From: the human T2T-CHM13v2.0 reference genome, Homo sapiens
Direction: 5' to 3' (one strand)
NCBI RefSeq assembly: GCF_009914755.1
Contig: NC_060926.1
Length of the DNA stretch: 64,000 nt
Part shown: positions 55,890-64,000 of the stretch, piece by piece
Position numbering within the stretch: the stretch's first letter is position 1
Layout of the letters: each line of letters starts with the position of its first letter
Made by a program: the position numbers and the translations under genes
Notes under the pieces: generated by a model
What the model saw: the letters and a program-made list of their open reading frames with translations, nothing else
Told to the model about the DNA's origin: nothing
The model's database searches: none

Positions 55890-56340
55890 TAATTTTTTTA
55901 AATATCAAACTTGCAGAAAAGTTGAAAATCAGTTAAACAAACACCCAATTACCCTTCACTAAATATATATACATTTTTGCTGAAGCGTTTGGAGTAAGTT
56001 GCAGACATATGCTCACTTCACCCCTAAATACTTCACCTGCAGCTCCTAAAAGAAGAACATTCCTTACATAACCCAATACCATGATCACAATGAAGAAATT
56101 TAACATTTAACATGGATACAATAATATTATCTCATAATCTGTATTTTAAAAAAATCTTTATCTTGCATTTAATCAGGGTTCATGTGTTGTATTTGACTGT
56201 TTAATACCTTTTCATCTAGAGCTGTCTCCCTACCTTTTTTCGTCTTTCATGACGTTGACATTCTTGGAGAGCCTAACGGACTATTCTGGAATCTCTATTT
56301 GCCTAATTACTGCCTCATGATGTAATTCAGATTAACCTTT
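55890..56340 (-). mobile_element. L1MC-type LINE 3' fragment (continues after 57608)
   Basis: 'gagtaagttgcagacat...cttcacccctaaatacttca...acattc.ttacataacc' matches the recalled L1MC4/5 3' end. Confidence 0.7.
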
Positions 56341-56351
56341 TTTTTTTTTTC

Positions 56352-57607
56352 AGTTCTAAGATCCCCCTGTGGATGCCTGAAACTGCAGAGAGTACCAAGC
56401 CTGACTGCCGCCAATCAGAAGTAGTTTCTGTTCAGGTCTTCCACCCACGAATGTAATGCCTTTTTCGTCTTAACTAAGCACTTATCACGCACTGTGGTCA
56501 TCACTTTTGCAGTCTGAGGTACAACAGCAAAACCAGCACACATTCTTTTTCTTTCTTTACAATTTCAGAATTAGAAATTTTATTCTGACCATAGATTTTT
56601 GGCAATCTCAGCAAATGATTTTGTTTCTTGAGAACTTTTGCCTTTTCGCTTAAAGGAAGCACTTGAGGTCTTCTCTTTGGCATATCCGAATTGCTGGCAT
56701 CACTACGCTTGTGCTTTGGGGACATTATTTAGTAAAATAAGGGTTCCTTGAACACCGGCACTGCGATACCATGACAGTCGATCACTGACGGCCGGTGGTG
56801 TCTCCAGCATGGATACGCGGGACAGAGGGATGATTCACCTCCTGAGCAGGATGGAGCGGGACAGCGAGAGATTTCACTGCGCTGCTCAGAACAGCGCGTG
56901 ATTTAAAACTTGTGAATTTGGGGGGGACGGGGAGGGGCGCGGCTGGCCGGTCTTCCTTCTCCCGCGGCGCCGGCGGTGCTGGGCGGGTGGAGGCGGGGAG
57001 TCGTCCCCGTGGCCGCTGCTCCGGAGCCCGGCGAGCCCGCGAAGGGGAAGCTCTTTAAGCTCCTAGGCATTTCAGGTGTTGAAAATATTCCCTGTGCCCG
57101 GGATTCAATATTGTATGGTTCATTAGGATCTGTTGTGGCTGGCTTTGGACTTTTTTTTTGTTAACTAGTAGAATTAGAAAATCATGTGATGTTGGAGTAG
57201 GAGGATTTATCTTGGTGACTTTGGGATGCTGGTTTCATTGTAGGTATAATTATGCAAAGCAAAGAATCCAGGAAAGAATTGCCAGAGAAGGAATTAAAAA
57301 TAAGATATTATGTGAAAGTACCCATCTTGATCCTGAAAGAAAAGAAACCAAGGGCAACAGCAGCAATTGAACAATCTTGAGCATAGAAATCAGACTCCCT
57401 GAAGTCAGTGTGAACAAAGCTAAGCTCAACCACATAAAACATTTTATGTACAATAAGCTCTCAATCAAGTAAATAAAGTTTAAGTTGTAATAAATAAAGA
57501 AAGAAAGGAAGAAAATTTTTGAATTATTTGTGGAGTTTTAAATTTAACATTTTCAGGCTGTGGCTAAAACTCAGGATAGTGAAACCACACATAAGAGAGT
57601 ACTACTG
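56352..57607 (-). mobile_element. MER44/Tigger7 DNA transposon remnant, interrupted by the COX20 retrocopy
   Basis: 'ccccc.gtggatgcctgaaac' and 'gggatgattcac...gagatttca...ctcagaac.gcg.g..atttaaaact'; terminal 'tactactg'. ORF 56501-56725 (KRRPQVLPLSEKAKVL...IYG.N...EIVKKEKE) is a Tigger/CENP-B HTH remnant. Confidence 0.8.
56920..57511 (+). pseudogene. COX20P2: Processed pseudogene of COX20 (FAM36A; cytochrome c oxidase assembly factor), probably COX20P2
   Basis: Intronless. AAAPEPGEP..KLLG...PCARDSILYGSLGSVVAGFG / TSRIRKSCDVGVGGFILVTLGCWFHCRYNYAKQRIQERIARE matches COX20. ATG is replaced by GTG at 57009; +2 frameshift in the T9 run (57151-57159); AATAAA at 57472; decayed A tail; ~15-bp TSD (56905-56919 / 57512-57526). 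The P2 number is from memory. Confidence 0.93.
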
Positions 57608-57667
57608 TTATCACATCAGCAGGCATATAATGTTAGTCTCATTATTTGTAAACCTAACTTTAAAAAA

Positions 57668-58088
57668 TTTTTTTAAATGTTTATGGGTACAATGTAGGTG
57701 TATATATTTATGGGATATATGAGATGTTTTGATACAGACATGCAATTGTAAAATCATGGAGAATGGGGTATCCATCCCCCTCAAGCATTTATCCTCTGTG
57801 TTACAAACATTCCAATTATACTCTTTTAGTTATTGTTAAATGTTCATTTCAGTTATTATTGACTATAGTCACCCTGTTGTGCTATCAAAAGTAGGTCTTA
57901 TTCATTCTTTCTATTTGTTGTACCCATTAACCATTCCTACCTCCCTCTGACAGTGCCCCCACCCCTGCAACCACCACCACTCCCCTTCCCACACTCTGGT
58001 AACCATCCTAACTGTCTACCTCCATGAGTTCGATTGTTTCCATTTTTAGATCCTACAAGTAAGTGAGAACATGCAATGTTTGTCTTTT
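57668..58088 (-). mobile_element. L1MA-type LINE 3' end
   Basis: 'ggggtatccatcccc.tcaagcatttatcct.tgtgttacaaaca...gtgagaacatgcaatgtttgtc'. Confidence 0.88.
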
Positions 58089-58580
58089 ATTTTATAAACC
58101 TAATTTCGATCATTTAGTTAAGGTGATGTCCAAAAGATCTCTCCACTGTAATTAACACATAATCTGCAAAATGGTAGTTTGGTAATGTGTAAATATCCCA
58201 TACCCAAGGACCTCTCACCCTATGGCCTTAGCACCCATTGACCATATTTTCTGAATCAGTTATAACGAGGGTCTTTACAAAATAGTGATAATCTATTTCT
58301 ATCATTCTTTCTATCTTTATTAGCCGGCATTCTTCCATGAAGACAAGCTGAAATCTTGGTTTATAACTGTCATAAATCACATTTCAAGCAGCAGGAACTC
58401 TCCCACTGGAAATACAATGAGAAGTACAGTGTGCTGTGTGAGGTCACAGCAGTTCCAAAAATGGAAATCAGCATAGCTTTGGTTCCTACTTTTCTTCCTC
58501 CTCCTCACACTTTTTCTCCTCCAGCTGCTCCATTTATCGAATACTTTGTTGCCAGTGTTGTGGTTTAAGGGCTTCCAACA

Positions 58581-58876
58581 GGCCAGGCACCTAGCTCACG
58601 CCTGTAATCCCAGCACTTTGGGAGGCCAAGGTGGGCAGATCACTTAAGCCCAGGAGTTGGAGACCAGCCTGGGCAACATGGTGAAACCCTGTCTTTAGAA
58701 GAAAAATTTAAAAATTATCTGGGTGTAGTGGTGCATGCCTATAGTCCCAGCTACTCAGGAGGCTGAGACAAGAGGATCACCTGAGCCCAGGGAGGTCAAG
58801 GCTGCAGTGAGCTGTGATTGCGCCACTGCACTCCAGCCTGGGCAACAGAGTGAAACCCTGTCTCAAAAAAAAAAAA
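58581..58876 (+). mobile_element. Alu SINE (AluJ-like)
   Basis: Alu consensus. Confidence 0.93.
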
Positions 58877-60009
58877 GTTGCTTTACATACATAAAATCAT
58901 TTAGTTATTCCCAGCAATCCTATGAGGTAGGTGATAGCAGGCCCATTTTTCAGATGAGGAAATTGAAGCGCAGAGAAGCAGCTTGCCCAAGGACGTCCAG
59001 TGAGTGACAGACCTTTGAACTCAGATGCATTTGACTTCGAAAGTCATGTTCCTGCCCAGCCACATTCCTAAAGCACTGCATTATTTTTTTTTTGTATGCA
59101 CAGAAAACAATCAGAGCAACAGTAATTCTTGATTTTTGTTGATTGCTAAACAACCCTTCATCCTTCTCTCTGAGTATTAGCAATGCAAAAGGCCAGAAGA
59201 ATTGCATCAAAATAGTGACTATGGGTTTATAGATCATTTTCATTTTTGTCTTTATACACTTACCTGTATTTCCCAAGTTATCTACAATGCACATGCATTG
59301 GTTTTGTGAGACAGATATATGAAGTGTTTTTAAAGAGAAATAGGGGTTTGGACATATATTTGACATAGAAGTCAGACTCAGAAAAGCTCTCCCTGGGGGT
59401 TGCCCGTCCCTATCAGAGCCTGGATCATAGAGTAGACCCACCAGTACATGCCTGGGCTTAGGTGCTGGCAAGAAGCAATTTAGAAATATATTTGACTTAT
59501 TCTACACCAAACCAACTGGAGGAAAGAATATAATTCAACTGATGACCCGTTGTCCCAGAGCCTTAATCACAAACTGGCTTTGCACAAGACTCCAGGAAGC
59601 TGTCAAGGTCAGGGAAGGCTGAGCCTTGGACCTCAAGTTGCTTACAAAGTGAGCTCAAGACAAAGAAACATACAGGAAACAACTTTTTAGACTGACAAGA
59701 TAAGAAATGTGCAGTACCAGTATAAGAGGACTGACCATCAGCCAGGAAGGTAAGATACAGAAGTTACTGAGGCTTCCAGTAATTTCTAAAAGGGAAGGCA
59801 GAATCATAGACCTGAAAGCCAGTACTCTGAGTTTTTATGATTCTGGGCCTCTGTAACTTTCCTGTGTCTTACTTTTGTTACTCAGATGTTTTCCTATAGT
59901 CTTTAGCAAGGAAAAAAAAATACCTTGGGAAGGAGAAAAAGAATTAGTAGGGAGGTAGAATCCCAGTATAAAACCACGAATACTTCTGAATGACAACAAA
60001 AAAAAATCA

Positions 60010-60680
60010 CCGTAAGACAGCTCTCACAGTAAAGAGCCTGGACGTCATTACTTCCATTTTTACAAGGAAAAAAGCGAACAAACTGAAAAGCAATAACTTT
60101 TCTTAGATTCTGCAGAGAATGGTAGTCACAGGCAAAGCACCCACCCTAAAAATAGAAGAGACAGAGGAATACAGAGAACCACGACTTACCTTCCAGAAGC
60201 AGAAGCCACCCAGGAGCCGGCAACTTGTAGGAGCACTTACATGGTACCTGACGAATTGCTGGAGGCTGAGTGTTTGGGCTAGCTTAAGTGTCATAAAGTC
60301 CTGGGGTCCCTGTAGTAGGGAAGCCCCACATTTTCCTGGGGTTACCTCCAGGAAGGTCACCAGTTTCTCACTGTGAAGACAGGAGAAAAATCCCCAGGCT
60401 TCAGGCAACAGGAGAGGAAAAGTAACCATTTAAAACCATGCCCAGCCGAAAAGTAACCATTTTGAAAGCCCAGAGCATTCTGTTCTCCTTAAGTGTTCTC
60501 ATCAAAGGACACTGCCTTACCAGGGCCTTATCTGCCCTAGGGGAAGGGCAATGAGATAACTTCAGGCCCCCTCTAGCCTTCCAGTCTCCATCGGGGGAGA
60601 AAAAGAGAAAGGCCACAGCAGGGACTTGGCCCACTGAGATTTAATTGTAAGATTACACAATGCCTCCCCTCCCCAGTACC
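60010..60680 (+). mobile_element. Ancient L1 5' region (L1MC/MD-type), resuming at about 62075-62665
   Basis: 'aactgaaaa.caa.aact.ttcttagat.c..cagagaat...gtcacagg' and 'atcatgtcc.gctttcaac.aaaa' resemble recalled old-L1 5' ends. Confidence 0.55.
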
Positions 60681-60684
60681 TTAT

Positions 60685-62070
60685 GGTATTAGTTTGCTAG
60701 GGCTGCCATAAAATACCACACACTGGGTGGCTGAACCAACAAAGATGTATTGTCTCACAGTTCTGCAGCCCGGAAGTTGTCAGGGCTATGTCCCCTCTGA
60801 AGGTGCTGGGAAGGAGCCTTCCTTGCCTCCTAGTTTCTTGTGGTTGCTGGCAATTCTCCGCATTCTTTGGCTTGGAGCTGCTTCATTCCAACTTCTGCCT
60901 CTACCATCACATGGCCTTCTCTCTGGAGGAGAGACAAAATTTGACCTCTACCTTACTAGGGCTTTCAGTGGGGCCTGAGAATTAAACAGATGTAGACAGA
61001 TGAACAGGAGAAGTATACAAATGTATTTAATATAAGATTTATGTGTCATGGGAGCCTTCATAAGAAAATTGTCTTAGTCCATTTTGTGCTGTTATAACAG
61101 AATACCACAGACCAGGTAATTTATAAAGAATAGAAATTTATTTCTCACAGTTCTGGCGCCTGGGAAGTTCAAGATCATGGCACCGGCAGGTTCGTTGTCT
61201 GGTAAGGGTCCAGACTCTGAGTTCAAGAGGGTGCTTTGAGTGGTGCGTCTTCCCGAGGGGATGAACGCTGGGTCCTCATGCGGTGGAAAGCAGAGTAGGT
61301 GATGCTTTTTATAGCATCATTAATTCATTCACGAGAGTGGAGTTCTCATGACCTAAACACCTCCCAACACTGTTGCACTGGGAATTATGTTTCCGATATA
61401 TGATTTTTGGGGACAACAGACATGAAGACCTTTCAAAAAAAGTAATCAGAGTTAAACATTTATATGCTGAGTTGGGCACAGAATAGTAAAACTGTGAAAA
61501 TATGATAAGGCAAAGGGGCTTGTACTAGGGTGGTTAATTGGGTAGAAAAGTGACTAGGAAGATAAGGGTCAGGTTAACAAAGTTTGTTTGTGTAGATTTA
61601 TCTCAGCTTCAACTTTTTGTTCTTGATGATAAAACCTTACTTTCCTCCTGGTATAGGGAAGACATCTTCCATATTGAAGGTTTTATCGTCCTTCCAGGAG
61701 GATTTTACCTACCAGGAGGGTTTTGCCTTCCAAGAGGGTTTTATCTCCTGCTTTTAGGAAAAAAAATAGGGAGGGCCAGAGTAACTTCTTAAACCTGCTA
61801 GTTAAGTGCCTTTAGTGCAAAATAATCCTTGCATCAGAGTGACACATTTTGGGGTGAAATGTTCTGAATTCCTTCACCTCTGTGTCTTTGTCTCCATGTA
61901 TCCTCCCCTCTTTTTATAAGACCATGTCATTGGATTTAAGGACCTCTCCAATCCAGCAAGACCTCATCTTAATTTAACTACTTCCATCTGCAAAGACCCT
62001 ATTTCCAAATAAACTCATATTCTGAGTTTCCAGGTGAACAGAAATTTGGGGGAGACACCCACCCCACATC
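60685..62070 (-). mobile_element. MLT1B/C-like LTR split by an ERV1-type LTR (about 60926-61877), itself split by an MST LTR (about 61069-61425)
   Basis: MLT1 halves 'tattagtttgctagggctgccata...catggccttctctct' and 'tgtgtct...cattggatttaagg...atctgcaaagaccctatttccaaataa'. MST 'tgtcttagtccattttgtgctgttataacagaataccacagac'. Confidence 0.7.
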
Positions 62071-62146
62071 AACAGGCTCCAACATAATAAAAGTAGACTA
62101 TAACGGAAAGAGTTATTTAAGATATTTACGTTATTTAAGAGTTCTT

Positions 62147-62432
62147 GGCTGGGCACAATGGCTGACACCTGTAATCCCAGCACTTTGGGAAGCTGAGGTG
62201 GGTGATCACTTGAGGTCAGGCATTCAAGACCAGCCTGTCCAACATGGTGAAACCCTGTCTCTACTAAAAATACAATAGCTGGATATGTTGGTGGGGACCT
62301 GTAATCCCAGCTACTCAGGAAAAGCAGGAGAACTGCTTGACCCTGGGAGGCAGAAGTTGCAGTGAGCCAAGATGGCGCCACTGCCCTCCAGCCTGCGCAA
62401 CAAGAGCAAAACTCCATCTCAAAAAAAATAAT
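62147..62432 (+). mobile_element. Alu SINE (AluS-like)
   Basis: Alu consensus; TSD 'taagagttct'. Confidence 0.93.
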
Positions 62433-62794
62433 AAGAGTTCTCAGGGAAAGTCAAAACAGAAGAGAAAAAAAAATACCTGAAACTAGAGGAAACTAAAGTT
62501 TCTGGCACCTACAGCTATAGGAAACATTAAACACGGCCCAGCTACTAGTCAGATTAACATAAAACCTCACACAATAAGGCCGATTTACTTCAGGTCCTAC
62601 TATCATATACATCATGTCCAGCTTTCAACCAAAATTTCAAAGATATACTAAAAGACAGTTAAAAACTGTCAACCTAAATAACAGAGAAAGGCTCTCTAAA
62701 AGAAAAAGATATTTATTCAGGAATAGAGCATTGCAGTGGGAATGTGTGTGCCACAGTAAACTGCATATTCAAGGAGGAAGAATGAGGATTATAT

Positions 62795-64000
62795 TGTGTC
62801 CAGAATTGGTGGGTTCTTGGTCTCACTGACTTCAAGAATGAAGCCGGTGACCCTTGCAGTGAGGCATGTCCGGAGTTTGTTCCTTCCTTCTGATGTTCGG
62901 ACGTGTTTGGAGTTTCTTCCTTCTGGTGGGTTCAGGGTCTCACTGGCCTCGGGAGTGAAACTACAGACTCTCACAGTGAGTGTTACAGCTCATAAAGGCA
63001 GTGCAGACCCAATGACTGAGCAGCAACAAGATTTACTGCAAAGAGTGAAAGAACAAAGTTACCACAGTGGAAACAAAGACCCCAGCGGATTACCACTGCT
63101 GGCTTGGGCAGCCTTCTTTTATTCCATTATCTGGCCCCACCCACATCCTGCTGATAGGTCCATTTTACAGAGAGCTGATTGGTCTGTTTTACAGAGAGCT
63201 GATTGGTCCGTTTTGACAGCATGCTGATTGGTGCATTTACAATGCCTGAGCTAGACAGAAAAATTCTCCAAGTCCCCACTAGATTAGCTAGACATAGAGC
63301 ACTGCTTGGTGCATTTACAAACCTTGAGCTAGACACAGGGTGCTGATTGGTATGTTTACAAACCTTGAGCTAGACACAGAGTGCTGATTGGTGTATTTAC
63401 AATCCCTTAGCTGGACATAAATGTCCCCACTAGATTAGCTAGATACAGAGTGCTGATTGGTGCATTTACAAACCCTGAGCTAGACACAGGGTGCTGATTG
63501 GTGTGTTTACAAACCTTGAGCTAGATACAGAGTGCTGATTGGTGTATTTACAATCCCTTAGCTAGACATAAAGGTTCTCCAAGTCCCCACTAAACCCAGG
63601 AGCCCAGCTGGCTTCACCTAGTGGATCCTGCATCAAGGCCACAGGCGGAGTTGCCCGCCAGTCCCACCGTGCACCCGCACTCCTCAGCACCTTGGGCGGT
63701 GATGGGACCCAGAGCCACGGAGGCTCGGGCGGAGCAGGAGCCCACGGAGGTGGGGAGGCTCGGGCATGGCAGGCTGCAGGTCCTGAGTCCTGCCCTGCGG
63801 GGAGGCAGCTGAGGACCCGCGAGAATTCGAGTGCAACGTGGGCGGGCCGGCACTGCTGGGGGACCCAGCGCACTCTCTGTGGCTACTGGCCCAGGTGCTA
63901 AGCTCGTCACTGCCCAGGACTGGTGGTGGCGGCCGGCCGCTCCTACTGCAGGGCTGCCAAGCCCACACCCACCCGGAACTCGCGCTGGTCCGCCAGCACC
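62795..64000 (-). mobile_element. LTR12-family (ERV9) LTR, LTR12C/D-like, truncated by the window end
   Basis: Reverse complement of the LTR12 3' end 'gaagtcagtgagaccaagaacccaccaattc.ggacaca'; ~41-bp tandem repeats with CCAAT boxes; GC-rich U3. Confidence 0.95.
63117..63545 (-). promoter_or_regulatory. LTR12 promoter: 8 intact CCAAT (NF-Y) boxes and an AATAAAA TATA-like box
   Basis: ATTGG at 63178, 63202, 63227, 63346, 63387, 63456, 63497 and 63538; TTTTATT at 63117-63123. The activity of this copy is unknown. Confidence 0.65.

Noticed and set aside
60418-60478. About 30 bp tandem duplication 'aaaagtaaccattt...gcccag' (also short ones at 18204 and 4119)
   Set aside because: Ordinary slippage events inside decayed repeats or intergenic DNA.
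63140-63590. Regularly spaced ~41 bp repeats resembling a CRISPR-like array
   Set aside because: These are the known LTR12 U3 tandem repeats; there are no unique spacers and the context is eukaryotic.

Overview
This is human (Alu-rich primate) genomic DNA, recognisable as the GPR55 locus (2q37.1 from memory). The only credible protein-coding gene is GPR55 on the minus strand. Its 319-aa CDS is intronless (9173-10132) and lies in a large terminal exon (about 6490-10266, with a ~2.7 kb 3'UTR); a short non-coding first exon ends at a donor at 24333. The window also holds a processed COX20 pseudogene (56920-57511) inserted in a MER44/Tigger7 element, about 22 Alu loci, many LTRs (MLT1, THE1, MST, LTR10, MER21, LTR16, and an LTR12 running off the right end), DNA transposon MITEs and old LINE fragments. 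Nearly all other ORFs in the track are spurious (GC-rich or repeat-derived, many starting at GTG/TTG). I found no wholly new biological system. The best leads are: (1) a proximal 3' splice site that would turn the exon-1 uORF into a 17-aa N-terminal extension of GPR55; (2) a ~700 bp non-TE inverted duplication bracketing 9.3 kb upstream of the gene; (3) a chain of candidate TE-derived promoters or exons facing GPR55 (MIR, old L1 5' region, LTR12); (4) a nearly intact, CpG-rich COX20 retrocopy that appears to keep ancestral residues. Repeat family names come from recalled consensus sequences, not from a search, and repeat boundaries are approximate.
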